Assembly: GCA_014860395.1 (NCBI GenBank)
Contig: JACZJU010000154.1
Location: 4,439-68,438 of the forward strand
Origin: Burkholderiales bacterium
GTDB taxonomy: Bacteria; Pseudomonadota; Gammaproteobacteria; Burkholderiales; SG8-39
DNA length: 64,000 nucleotides
Direction of reading: 5' to 3'
Shown: piece by piece, positions 10,434 to 21,358 of the stretch
Layout: each line of letters starts with the position of its first letter
How positions within the stretch are numbered: position 1 is the first letter of the stretch
The notes under the pieces: model-generated
What the model was told of the DNA's origin: nothing
The model's input: the letters and a program-made list of their open reading frames with translations, nothing else
Database searches by the model: none
Program-made: the position numbers and the translations under genes

Positions 10434-11099
10434 CTATCCCTTCTTCTCGTCGGCAGCGCACGCGTGCACCTCGGTGTCGGGAAAGCCCTGTTTCAACTCG
10501 TTCAGTTTCGCCACCAGCGCCGCGCTGGCATCGTGCACCTGGAAATAAGTCTTGCCCGGCTGCGGGTCGCGCGGACCGACGACGGCCGTTCTCACACCCT
10601 GGACCCGCAATGCGGCAAGGCGGGCTATCGCCGCCTCCTCGGTCTTGAACACCCCCAGCGACACCGCATTGCGCCATTTCGAATCGTCGGACACGATGAA
10701 ATAGTCCTCCACGCCCAGGCGCTTGAGTTCTCCTGTCTTCTGCGTCGCCGCCTGGCGGTTCGCCAGCGGCGGCATGTACACCCAGTAACCCGCCACCTCG
10801 TCGATTTTGCGCTGGGTCAGATTCGCGCCCAGCGCCAGCCCTTCCAGCGCCTGCTCGGCGCGTGCTGCATCGGCGCCGATGAATGCGCCCCATTCGAGGC
10901 AGGCGGCGGCGACCTTCGGCGGCTCGGACTTGCGCGTAAGCACACTCACCTGCTGCGGCGCGAGCAGGCGGATTTTTTCGCGATTGAGCTGCTGGCTGAT
11001 GATCTGCGCGTCACCGCTGGCCTGGGTGCCGGAGCCGTACCAGGCATAGGCGAAGAACGCCACATTGGCCAGCGCCAGGATGAAAAACAGGATGCGCAT
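10434..11099 (-). CDS. SPOR-domain membrane protein
   Basis: N-terminal TM (MRILFFILALANVAFFAYAWY), then two SPOR-like units (...GYWVYMPPLANRQAATQKTGELKRLGVEDYF... and ...SLGVFKTEEAAIARLAALRVQGV...). It abuts the coaX stop, the usual betaproteobacterial arrangement. Confidence 0.7.
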   Translation of the reverse strand: MRILFFILALANVAFFAYAWYGSGTQASGDAQIISQQLNREKIRLLAPQQVSVLTRKSEPPKVAAACLEWGAFIGADAARAEQALEGLALGANLTQRKIDEVAGYWVYMPPLANRQAATQKTGELKRLGVEDYFIVSDDSKWRNAVSLGVFKTEEAAIARLAALRVQGVRTAVVGPRDPQPGKTYFQVHDASAALVAKLNELKQGFPDTEVHACAADEKKG

Positions 11100-11909
11100 C
11101 TACGAGACCTTGCGCATGCCCGACGACCCCTCGCATGCCTTGCGCGCCAGCGCCCGGCTGATGCAGTGCAGTCCCTCGAGCACCAGGTTGTCGTGATAGC
11201 GGAACACGATGGCCAGGTGCGGCGTCAGCGCCTTGGCCGCCCCGCCCGAGACCAGGCACAGCAGATCCGGATGATCACGCCGGTACAGATCGTAGATGCG
11301 CTCCACTGCGCCGGCCTGCGCGTGCTGGCAGCCGCTGACGATGGCATCGACGGTTTGCACCGGGTACTCGGTGTACACGCCGTCGGCGTCGGGTAGGGCC
11401 GCGGTCTTTTCGTGCAGGGAGCGCAGCATGGTGCCCACGCCGGGCATGATGCAGCCGCCGGCGAATTTGCCCTGCGCGGTGAGCAGGTCGATGGTGGTGG
11501 CGGTACCGCAGCACACCACCAGGACCGGACGCGCCGGGTGCAGCGCGCGCGCGCCGATCAGCGCTGCCCAGCGGTCGCTGCCCAGTTGCGCCGGGTTGCG
11601 GTAGCCGTTCTTCACCCCGCACAGCTCGTCCTTCGGGATCACCCAGCACGGCGGCGGCGCATCGGGCCAGATTTCGAGCAGGCGCAGCATGGCCGCGCGC
11701 ACGCGCGTGCCGGCCACGTTTGAAATCACGATTTTCGCCGGCGCCTGATGCTTGCGCAGTTGTCCCGACAGCGCCGGAATTTCCTCCAGCAGCGCGTGAC
11801 CCGCTTCGAGGCAGCTCGCGTGCGCCTCGGCATCCGAAATCGTCTTGTAACGCCCCCATTTGACGAAGGTGTTGCCGATGTCGACCAGCAGATTGTATGG
11901 TTCGTTCAT
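11100..11909 (-). CDS. coaX: Type III pantothenate kinase
   Basis: LLVDIGNTFVKWG...VVCCGTATTIDLL...GGCIMPG..., the acetate/sugar-kinase-fold CoaX motifs. Confidence 0.9.
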   Translation of the reverse strand: MNEPYNLLVDIGNTFVKWGRYKTISDAEAHASCLEAGHALLEEIPALSGQLRKHQAPAKIVISNVAGTRVRAAMLRLLEIWPDAPPPCWVIPKDELCGVKNGYRNPAQLGSDRWAALIGARALHPARPVLVVCCGTATTIDLLTAQGKFAGGCIMPGVGTMLRSLHEKTAALPDADGVYTEYPVQTVDAIVSGCQHAQAGAVERIYDLYRRDHPDLLCLVSGGAAKALTPHLAIVFRYHDNLVLEGLHCISRALARKACEGSSGMRKVS

Positions 11910-11960
11910 TTTGGCGGCGGAGAAATTTTGGCTAATTCTACGGCGAATCGGGTTCTAGAA

Positions 11961-12094
11961 GTGTGTTGAAAAAGGGGGCACACCCCCTTTTATATCCCCC
12001 AAATCAGAGGCTGCCGCAACTCGCTTCTCTCCGAAGCAATCCTGCCGCACGCATCTTCTTTCGGATTCTGACGCCAAATTCAACAGCCTGCTAG
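11961..12094 (+). repeat. Copy 2 of the ~134-bp MITE-like element (family A)
   Basis: Matches 1160-1293. TIRs are TGTTGAA (11964-11970) and TTCAACA (12079-12085). The hairpin AAAGGGGGCACACCCCCTTTT is at 11971-11991. Its last 4 nt (CTAG) contain the stop codon of the MlrC-like gene. Confidence 0.7.
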
Positions 12095-13599
12095 ATCGCA
12101 TCTAGTGGATAAATCGGTCGCACGAGCTTGCGATAGCGGTAGACCGACAGGTCGGCGTTGGTGACGCCGGCGCCGGCGCATTCGACGATATGCGCGGCGA
12201 TCGGCTTGAAGCCGGCGCGGTAGTGGATGCGCGACTTCAGCATGAGGTAGCGCTTTTTCGTCGGCTCGATGCCGCAGTGGCGAAAAATCACCAGGTCGAA
12301 AGGCTCGTGATGGCGCTCGGTGACGACGATCTGCGCGCGCCCGGTGTCGAGCACCGCAGTGCGCCCGAGATGGCTCTTCAGCCCGGTGTACATCGGGCCG
12401 GTGAACACGATCTCGCCGTCGGTGATGTTGCGCACCCGGCCGGAGAGCGCGAGCGGCCTGCCCTCAAGGGCGATCGCGGGCATGTCGGTCTTGCCGCCGA
12501 GCGCAAGATTGACATTGTTGCCGATACCGGCCGCCACCATTTGCGCCACCGCCTGCGGATCGCGGATGGGCGCGACGGCCACGTCGTCCAGCTTCTGCCT
12601 GAGTATCTCCTCCACCACCAGCATCACGTCCTGCGCGCCGCCCGAGCCGCAATTGTCGCAGTGGTCGATCAACAGCACCGGGCCTTCCTGCCTGCCCACA
12701 CCGAGCGCGCGCGCCCGCGCCACCGACTGCGCCAGCGGCTCCGGATGGAACACGTATTCAGCGCGCCGCTCCCAGGCGATGGCGAGCATCCGGTCGCACA
12801 CTTCCTGCGCCGCCGTCTGCCCGCCGCCAGCCGCGAGCGCATCGGCCACCACCACGGCGGAGACGCCGGTGTAAGGCGTGTCGGCGTGGGGAAATCCTGG
12901 CAGCAGCGTCGCCGCCAGCACGCGGCCGGATCTTTCCATCGCGCGGGCATACTCGAGAATTTCGCCCGATGGCCCGTCCTCGGGCGCGTGGCGCATTACC
13001 GACGAAACCAGCGGCAGCCAGCCCCAGGCCATCACCGGCCGCGACGCCCCGCGCAGTGACCGCGCCAGGATGTCGCCCGCGAGCAGGCCCGCTTCGTACA
13101 TGTCGACATGCGGGTAGGTCTTGTAGCCGGTGATCACCGTTGCATTGGCGACGATCTCCGGCGACAGGTTGGTGTGGTAATCGAAGGTCACCGCGATCGG
13201 CAGATCGGCGCGGATGCGCCGCAGGCGCCTGAGGATCTCGCCCTCGGCATCGTCGCAGCCCTCGATGACCATGGCGCCGTGCAGATCGAGAAAGCAGGCA
13301 TCGCACCCTGCCCGCACCGCTTCCTCCAGCGGCTGCAGCAACGCCTCGAATGTCTCCCGGCTGGCGCTGTTCGACGGCCAGGATTCGGCCGCGACCGGCG
13401 TGACCGCTTCGGCGCCCTCGCGCCGCGCAATGTCGAGGAACGCTGCGAACGGCGTGTTGGAGCCGGCGAACGCCGCTCTCGCGTCCTCGCCGTAGCTGGG
13501 ACCGCTGCCATGACCGAACGCCGACAGCGCCGTCGCGATCGGCGAAAACGTATTGGTTTCGTGCTTGATCAGCGCGATGACAAAGCGCTTGGATTTCAT
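12091..13599 (-). CDS. M81-family metallopeptidase (MlrC-like)
   Basis: MKSKRFVIALIKHETNTFSP...FLDLHGAMV...TGYKTYPHVDMYE...; the length (502 aa) and N-terminal motif fit the MlrC family. Confidence 0.75.
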   Translation of the reverse strand: MKSKRFVIALIKHETNTFSPIATALSAFGHGSGPSYGEDARAAFAGSNTPFAAFLDIARREGAEAVTPVAAESWPSNSASRETFEALLQPLEEAVRAGCDACFLDLHGAMVIEGCDDAEGEILRRLRRIRADLPIAVTFDYHTNLSPEIVANATVITGYKTYPHVDMYEAGLLAGDILARSLRGASRPVMAWGWLPLVSSVMRHAPEDGPSGEILEYARAMERSGRVLAATLLPGFPHADTPYTGVSAVVVADALAAGGGQTAAQEVCDRMLAIAWERRAEYVFHPEPLAQSVARARALGVGRQEGPVLLIDHCDNCGSGGAQDVMLVVEEILRQKLDDVAVAPIRDPQAVAQMVAAGIGNNVNLALGGKTDMPAIALEGRPLALSGRVRNITDGEIVFTGPMYTGLKSHLGRTAVLDTGRAQIVVTERHHEPFDLVIFRHCGIEPTKKRYLMLKSRIHYRAGFKPIAAHIVECAGAGVTNADLSVYRYRKLVRPIYPLDAI

Positions 13600-13692
13600 T
13601 TCAAAATGTGGGCTCGGACGCGGGCGGCAAACAAGGTTACCGTGAATCGGTGATGCACGACAACCGCGACGCGCCGCAGCGACGGACCCGCG

Positions 13693-14667
13693 TCATCCGG
13701 CGCGCAGCGACAGCTCGCCGCTGACGAAGCGCTCCAGTCCGCGTGCCGTCTCCAGCAACAAGGCGCCGTCCTCGGCCACCCCCGCCGCCCGGCCTGTCAC
13801 CACCTTGCCTGCGCCCGAGGACAGCGTGACCGGCCGTCCCTGGTGCGCATGGCGGGCGGTCCACTCCTGCCGCAGCGGCGCAAACCCATGCTCCGAAAAT
13901 CCATCGAGCACGCGCGCTAATTCCACCAGCGTCGCGGCAAGCAGCCGGCTGCGCTGCGGCACCTCGCCGGCTATCGCGGCAACATCGGTCACCGGCTGCG
14001 CCACGGCATCGCGTACGGCGGCGGGCAGGCGAAGATTGAGCCCTATGCCGATCACCGCCGCGCTCGGTCCCGCAGCATCGCCATGCAGCTCGATCAGTAT
14101 GCCGCCAAGCTTGCGCCCGGCGTGCAGCAGGTCGTTCGGCCACTTGAGCTGCACGCCCTCGACACCCAGGGATGCAAGCGCGCGCGCCACGGCCACGCCT
14201 GCCGCGAGCGACAGGCCGGCCAGACCGGCGGCACCGCGATCGAAGCGCCACAACAGGGAAAAGGTAAGGCTGCCGCCCAGGCCGGATTGCCAGCTGTTGC
14301 CGCGCCGGCCGCGGCCCGCGCTTTGCAGTTCGCAGGCGATCACGCTGCCCGTGGGCGCGCCGCTGCGCGCGCGCTCGAGCAGCAGCGTATTGGTCGAAGC
14401 GCAGGCGCCGAGCAGTTCGAGGTGCAAGCGCTGCGCATACTCCCCCAGTCGCGCGCGCACCGCGGCTGCATCCAGAAAATCGTAGCTTTCGGCCAGGCGG
14501 TAGCCGCGACCGCGCACGCGCACGAGTTCAAGCCCGAGATGCTCGAGCTCGCGCAATGCCTGCCTGAATTGGCCGGGCGTCGCGCCCAGTTCGTGAGCCA
14601 GGACGGCGCCGCTGCGGAAGTTCGCATCCGAAAGCAGGTGCAGCAAGTCGAACGTCTTCGCGGGCAT
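13693..14667 (-). CDS. birA: Bifunctional biotin-[acetyl-CoA-carboxylase] ligase / biotin operon repressor
   Basis: Starts at the internal ATG (complement of 14665-14667) with MPAKTFDLLHLLSD... (HTH). It then carries the ligase motifs ...CELQSAGRGRRGNSWQS... and KWPNDLL..GRKLGGILIE. The upstream 190 codons of the track ORF are discarded. Confidence 0.9.
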   Translation of the reverse strand: MPAKTFDLLHLLSDANFRSGAVLAHELGATPGQFRQALRELEHLGLELVRVRGRGYRLAESYDFLDAAAVRARLGEYAQRLHLELLGACASTNTLLLERARSGAPTGSVIACELQSAGRGRRGNSWQSGLGGSLTFSLLWRFDRGAAGLAGLSLAAGVAVARALASLGVEGVQLKWPNDLLHAGRKLGGILIELHGDAAGPSAAVIGIGLNLRLPAAVRDAVAQPVTDVAAIAGEVPQRSRLLAATLVELARVLDGFSEHGFAPLRQEWTARHAHQGRPVTLSSGAGKVVTGRAAGVAEDGALLLETARGLERFVSGELSLRAG

Positions 14668-14914
14668 GGTCTTGCTGCGGTTCAAATTGATGATGCTAGC
14701 ACGACCGCTCAGGGCGCCGCGCCCGTGCCCGCCTCGATTGGGAGCGCAGCAGGCGCCAGCCCACGACGCCCTTCTTTGCGCATTGTCAACGCGGGCGTCG
14801 AGAACTGCGCCAATATCGAGTCTATCGATCACGCGCTGCAATTTTTTTCGTTGGATGATCTCCCGGGGCCGTCCCAGAATAGGCTTCGTCGCGACTAGCA
14901 GCTCGGAGACCGCC

Positions 14915-15082
14915 ATGAACCAAGCCAATGCAGATACCCCGAAAGCGCTGAGCGCAAGCGGCACCCTTCCACACCGTCGGCTCTTGCACGAGATCCGCTT
15001 CCTCGCAGGCGTCGCCATCGCCTTGGGCGGTGCCGGCGTATTGCTGTCGGACCTGATCCGCCTCATGCCGTTACTAGGCTGA
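14915..15082 (+). CDS. Possible 55-aa small membrane protein upstream of the ZIP transporter
   Basis: GGAGA lies 7 nt before the ATG. The sequence is MNQANADTPKALSASGTLPHRRLLHEIRFLAGVAIALGGAGVLLSDLIRLMPLLG, with one C-terminal hydrophobic helix. No family recognised. Confidence 0.3.
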   Translation: MNQANADTPKALSASGTLPHRRLLHEIRFLAGVAIALGGAGVLLSDLIRLMPLLG

Positions 15083-15099
15083 AGGAAGGAAAGCAAGCT

Positions 15100-16032
15100 A
15101 TGGCGAGCGATCTGACTGCACCCAAACCCGGCTGGGCAGCGCTGCTGCGCGAGCACGCGCGGCAGCATACGCCCGCCACGCTGGGTTTGGCGCTCGCCTT
15201 GCTGGGTGTGTTGGCCCTGCTGGCGCAAAGCCTGGTCCAACTCGCCACTGGCAATGCCGCCCCGGGGCTGCGCCTGGCGATGCTAGGCGGGATGGCGGCG
15301 TTTGCGACTACGGCGCTGGGTGCGCTGCCGGCGCTAGCGATGCGGGCGATGCCGCAGCGCGTGGAGGACAGCCTGCTCGGCATGGCGGCGGGGATGATGC
15401 TCGCCGCCAGCGCCTTCTCCCTGCTGCTGCCGGGCCTGGCATCCGCGACGGAAATACTCGAGAGCAAGCCGCTGGGTGCAGGCGTCGTAGTGTTCGGCAT
15501 GGCGCTGGGCGTGCTGCTGATGCTCGGACTGGATGCGTTCACGCCGCACGAACACGACAAGACCGGACCCTGCGGGCCCGGCTATGAGCGCTGCAGCCGC
15601 ATCTGGCTGTTCGTCTTCGCCATTGCCTTGCACAATCTGCCCGAGGGCATGGCCATCGGCGTCAGCTTCTCGCAGGCAGACATGGCGGTGGGGCTGCCGC
15701 TGACCACGGCGATCGCGCTGCAGGACATCCCAGAAGGGCTGGCGGTCGCCCTGGCGCTGCGCGGGGCCGGCTTCGCGCCGGGATTCGCCGTGCTCGTCGC
15801 CGTCGCCACCGGCGTGCTCGAACCCGTGGGCGCCCTGCTCGGCGTCGGCCTGTCCAGCGGGCTGGCCCTGGCCTATCCGACCGGCCTCGGCCTCGCGGCA
15901 GGGGCGATGATTTTCGTCGTCTCGCACGAAGTCATTCCGGAAACCCACCGCAACGGCCACCAGACGCCGGCAACGCTGGGCCTGATGGCCGGCTTCGCCC
16001 TGATGATGGTGCTGGATACCACCTTGGGTTAA
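15100..16032 (+). CDS. ZIP-family divalent metal transporter (ZupT-like)
   Basis: Multi-TM protein with the ZIP signature [13 protein letters not shown] and ...[10 protein letters not shown]... Confidence 0.85.
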   Translation: MASDLTAPKPGWAALLREHARQHTPATLGLALALLGVLALLAQSLVQLATGNAAPGLRLAMLGGMAAFATTALGALPALAMRAMPQRVEDSLLGMAAGMMLAASAFSLLLPGLASATEILESKPLGAGVVVFGMALGVLLMLGLDAFTPHEHDKTGPCGPGYERCSRIWLFVFAIALHNLPEGMAIGVSFSQADMAVGLPLTTAIALQDIPEGLAVALALRGAGFAPGFAVLVAVATGVLEPVGALLGVGLSSGLALAYPTGLGLAAGAMIFVVSHEVIPETHRNGHQTPATLGLMAGFALMMVLDTTLG

Positions 16033-16052
16033 CCATTTTTCGACAAGGAGAA

Positions 16053-16553
16053 TTGACCATGAACGCGAAGAAAGCCAAGACCCCCACGATCGACATCGGC
16101 ATCAGCACCGGCGAGCGCAAGAAGATCGCGCAGGGCCTTTCCGCCCTGCTCGCCGACAGCTACACGCTCTACCTGATGACGCACAACTTCCATTGGAACG
16201 TCACCGGGCCGATGTTCAACACCCTGCACCTGATGTTCATGCAGCAATACACCGAGCAGTGGAATGCGCTCGACCTAATCGCCGAGCGCATCCGCGCACT
16301 GGGCCATCCGGCCCCCGGCACCTACAAGGAGTTCGTCAAACTGGCATCGATCAAGGAAGTCGAAGGCACGCCCAAAGCGACCGACATGATCCGCCATCTG
16401 GTCGCCGCCCAGGAAGCCACGGCGCGCACCGCGCGCAAGCTGTTCCCGCTGATCGAATCCGCGAACGATCAACCTACCGCCGACCTGCTGACCCAGCGCC
16501 TGGAGGTGCACGAGAAGACGGCGTGGATGTTGCGCAGTCTGTTGGAGGAATAG
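16053..16553 (+). CDS. dps: DNA starvation/stationary-phase protection protein (Dps)
   Basis: [46 protein letters not shown] is the Dps ferroxidase-site region. The gene lies 20 nt after the ZIP gene. Confidence 0.9.
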   Translation: MTMNAKKAKTPTIDIGISTGERKKIAQGLSALLADSYTLYLMTHNFHWNVTGPMFNTLHLMFMQQYTEQWNALDLIAERIRALGHPAPGTYKEFVKLASIKEVEGTPKATDMIRHLVAAQEATARTARKLFPLIESANDQPTADLLTQRLEVHEKTAWMLRSLLEE

Positions 16554-16791
16554 CCGGGCGCGCGTTGTGATACCCGCTGCGGCGCCGGCCGTCCGTGCCC
16601 GTCGCGCAGCAGATCAGGTTTAGGCTGCCTCGTACCGGCACCGCGCCCTTCTGCCCGTCCGAGGTGCGCGGCAGCGTTGCTGTCGGGAGCGATGCTCCAC
16701 CCTGGCTTGACCGCAGAGGTGTTCGGAAAAGCGTATCGATGCGAAGCAGTGGTTTATCGGCAGGCGCACCTTCCCGCTCGCCGGCAATCGT

Positions 16792-16797
16792 TATAAT
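16792..16797 (+). promoter_or_regulatory. Possible -10 hexamer (TATAAT) for oxyR
   Basis: CGTTATAATTCGG lies 43 nt before the ATG at 16840. There is no convincing -35. Confidence 0.25.
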
Positions 16798-16839
16798 TCG
16801 GCGCATGTGCCTTCGCCATACATCCTCTGCACCCGCGTC

Positions 16840-17778
16840 ATGACCCTCACTGAACTTCGCTACATCGTAGCCCTTGCGCACGAGAAGCACTTCGGGCGCG
16901 CAGCCGAGGCCTGCCATGTCGCGCAGCCGACACTGAGCGTGGCCGTGAAGAAGTTCGAGGATGAGCTCGGCGTGCTGCTGTTCGAGCGCGGCAAGAACGA
17001 GGTCGCCGTTACACCTGTGGGCGAGCGCATCGTCGCGCAGGCGCGGCAGGTGCTCGACGAGCTTGAGGGTGTCAAGCGCATCGCGCGGCAGGCGCGCGAT
17101 CCGCTCGATGGGCTGTTGCGCATCGGCGCCATCTTTACCGTCGGGCCCTATCTGTTCCCGCGCCTGGTGCCGGTGTTGCACGCATCGGCCCCGCACATGC
17201 CGCTAGTCATCGAAGAGAACTACACGGAACGCCTGCGCGAGCGCCTGGTCCAGGGCGAGCTGGATGCGATCATCGCCTGCCTGCCGTTCGAAGCGCCGGG
17301 GGTGGTGACGCTGCCCTTATACGACGAGCCGTTTGTCGCAATGGCGCCGCGCGCACACCCGTGGCGCGCGCGCGACACTGTCAGCACCGATGAGTTTGCG
17401 CCGCAGACTGTGCTGTTGCTCGGCGCCGGTCATTGTTTCCGCGACCAGGTGGTCGCGGCCTGCCCGAGCTGCGTGCGCCCCGGGCCCGCCGCAGGCGGGC
17501 GGCAGCGGGCGGTGGAGGGCAGTTCGCTCGAAACCATACGCCAGATGGTGGCCTCGGGTATGGGCGTCACCATGTTGCCGTGCACCGCCGCCGGCTCGGA
17601 CCAGTCTGCTTCGGACTTGACGGTTATCCGCGCGTTCGTCGATCCGCCGCAGCGGCGCGTGGCGCTCGCCTGGCGCGCCAGCTTCCCACGACCGCAGGCG
17701 ATCGAAGCCCTGCGCCAGGCAATCCGCGCCTGCGCGCTCGACTGCGTCAGCTATCTGAGCGGTCCCTCCGGCCGATAG
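16840..17778 (+). CDS. oxyR: LysR-family hydrogen-peroxide-responsive regulator OxyR
   Basis: MTLTELRYIVALAHEKHFGRAAEACHVAQPTLSVAVKKFEDELGVLLFER... with the redox Cys context ...LLLGAGHCFRDQVVAACPS.... It sits directly upstream of katG. Confidence 0.85.
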   Translation: MTLTELRYIVALAHEKHFGRAAEACHVAQPTLSVAVKKFEDELGVLLFERGKNEVAVTPVGERIVAQARQVLDELEGVKRIARQARDPLDGLLRIGAIFTVGPYLFPRLVPVLHASAPHMPLVIEENYTERLRERLVQGELDAIIACLPFEAPGVVTLPLYDEPFVAMAPRAHPWRARDTVSTDEFAPQTVLLLGAGHCFRDQVVAACPSCVRPGPAAGGRQRAVEGSSLETIRQMVASGMGVTMLPCTAAGSDQSASDLTVIRAFVDPPQRRVALAWRASFPRPQAIEALRQAIRACALDCVSYLSGPSGR

Positions 17779-17804
17779 CGCTGCGGCAGTTCGGGTTCGT
17801 ACCG

Positions 17805-17841
17805 ATAGCGACCGGCTATCGACCCGATGGCGACAATCAAT
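17805..17841 (+). promoter_or_regulatory. Candidate OxyR operator upstream of katG
   Basis: ATAG-cgaccgg-CTAT-cgacccg-ATGG-cgacaat-CAAT has the spacing of the OxyR consensus ATAG-N7-CTAT-N7-ATAG-N7-CTAT. The first half is perfect and the second half has two mismatches. It lies about 150 nt before the katG ATG. Confidence 0.45.
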
Positions 17842-17987
17842 TAGAACTCGCCGCCTCTGCGCCGTATGCTTTGACCAAGCCGCGGAACGCGGGATGATTG
17901 AGAAAGATCAGTGACCCGCTCGCAGAAGGTGGTAGTTTGATTAATTACCCGGCGACGCAATTCCGTTCGAACCGACAAGGAGACTAA

Positions 17988-20165
<2,178 letters not shown>

Positions 20166-20181
20166 CACTCAGCACGCATCT

Positions 20182-20206
20182 CCACGCAGCGCCTATCGCT
20201 GCGTGG
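20182..20206 (+). terminator. Hairpin after katG (10-bp perfect stem)
   Basis: CCACGCAGCG-cctat-CGCTGCGTGG lies 17 nt after the katG stop. The U-tract that follows is weak (GGAATCTTGG). Confidence 0.45.
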
Positions 20207-20233
20207 GGAATCTTGGATATCAGATATCGCGGC

Positions 20234-20329
20234 GCCACGAACAGCCAGCCGACGGCCGGTCTGCTGAACCAGCGCCTGGAAGTGCGCGAAAAGACCGCCT
20301 GGATGCTGCGCAGCCCGCTCGAGGATTGA
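20234..20329 (+). pseudogene. 3'-terminal remnant of a second dps gene (about 30 codons plus stop)
   Basis: Translates to [31 protein letters not shown], against the intact Dps C-terminus [31 protein letters not shown]. That is 23 of 29 aligned residues identical by eye, with many synonymous differences. No start codon or upstream dps sequence is present. Confidence 0.7.
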
Positions 20330-20349
20330 GCCGCATCCGCTTCGACCCG

Positions 20350-20380
20350 CGCGGCGCGCATATGCGCCGCGTTTCTTTTT
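20350..20380 (+). terminator. Rho-independent terminator belonging to the dps remnant
   Basis: CGCGGCGCGCATATGCGCCGCG followed by TTTCTTTTT. Confidence 0.65.
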
Positions 20381-20632
20381 AGCGGCGTGCGCGCGTCCGC
20401 CGCGAGCAGTTCGCATCCGCTTGCCATCGTTGATTTGCGTCAAATCACAGCCACGCAACGACGAAACATTCCTGACCTACGCGCCGAGCTGCTTTTGCGC
20501 GCCAGAGTCAATCTGCAATGACAAATATCAAGCCATCGAAGCGCTCTGCCGCGCAAACTTGAATTGACGGTCGGGGCGGTTCGAATGCATTTCCCGCCCA
20601 TGTCGAAGCGTACATACGTTCGGAGGGTTGCC

Positions 20633-21142
20633 ATGCGCAGAATCTATTTCATGGTTCCAGACATTTCGACGGCCAAGCGCATCGTCGATGAATTGCTGCT
20701 GGCGCGCATAGAGGAACGTCACCTTCATGTGCTCGCGAAGCGCGGCACGCCGCTCGAAGATCTGCCTGAGGCAAGCCTGCTGCAAAAGAGCGACTTCGTC
20801 CCGGCGGTGCAGCGCGGCCTCGCTCTGGGCGGCGCGACCGGGATGCTCGCCGGCCTCGTTGCCGTGGCATTGCCGGCAACCCCGCTGGTGATCGCCGGAG
20901 GTGTGCTGCTCGCCGCCTCGCTGGCGGGGGCGGGGGTCGGCGCATGGCTGGGCGGCATGGTCGGAATGAATGTCGGCAACACCCGGCTGCAGCAGTTCGC
21001 AGATGCGATCGAGCGCGGTGCACTTCTGGTGATGGCCGACGTGCCCCGCGACCGGGTGGAAGACATCGAGGAGCGCGTGAGGAAGCATCTGCCCGGCGTG
21101 GAAATCGACGGAACCGAGCCCAGGATCCCCGCATTTCCGTGA
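20633..21142 (+). CDS. Hypothetical membrane protein with a Gly-zipper TM pair (general-stress/DUF1269-like architecture)
   Basis: GGAGGG RBS before the ATG at 20633. A soluble N-domain (MRRIYFMVPDISTAKRIVDELLLARIEERHLHVLAKRG...), then G/A-rich hydrophobic segments (GLALGGATGMLAGLVAVAL...LAGAGVGAWLGGMVGMNVG), then a soluble C-domain. The family assignment is tentative. Confidence 0.6.
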   Translation: MRRIYFMVPDISTAKRIVDELLLARIEERHLHVLAKRGTPLEDLPEASLLQKSDFVPAVQRGLALGGATGMLAGLVAVALPATPLVIAGGVLLAASLAGAGVGAWLGGMVGMNVGNTRLQQFADAIERGALLVMADVPRDRVEDIEERVRKHLPGVEIDGTEPRIPAFP

Positions 21143-21358
21143 AACCCTCGGACTGCAATCGAACAAGCGCGAGCGGCCGATGCGTACCCGCAGCAGACCA
21201 CGGCCTGCAACAACGCGGAGTCGACGGCGATCCTCGCCCGGGGTCGAGAGCGCTGCGCAGGCGCGGCAGCTTGCGCATGTGATGTTCGAAGGCGAGCGCG
21301 GTACATGGCACCGCTTCGAATCATCGGCTTTACTGCACTAACCTGAAAGGACAGCATC

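Noticed and set aside
14800-14830. ATCGA-gtcta-TCGAT short palindrome upstream of the ZIP/dps genes as a possible Zur or OxyR site
   Set aside because: The arms are only 5 bp, and it bears no resemblance to AT-rich Zur boxes or to the ATAG-N7-CTAT OxyR pattern.
13693-15240. Upstream 190 codons of the 515-aa ORF containing birA
   Set aside because: BirA homology begins at the internal Met (14667). The upstream part is Arg/Gln-rich, has no HTH or ligase features, and overlaps the ZIP promoter region.
20568-20600. GGTTCGAAT motif (tRNA T-loop-like) at about 20578
   Set aside because: The flanking bases cannot form a T-stem, and no acceptor, D or anticodon arms can be drawn. It is not a tRNA or tRNA fragment.
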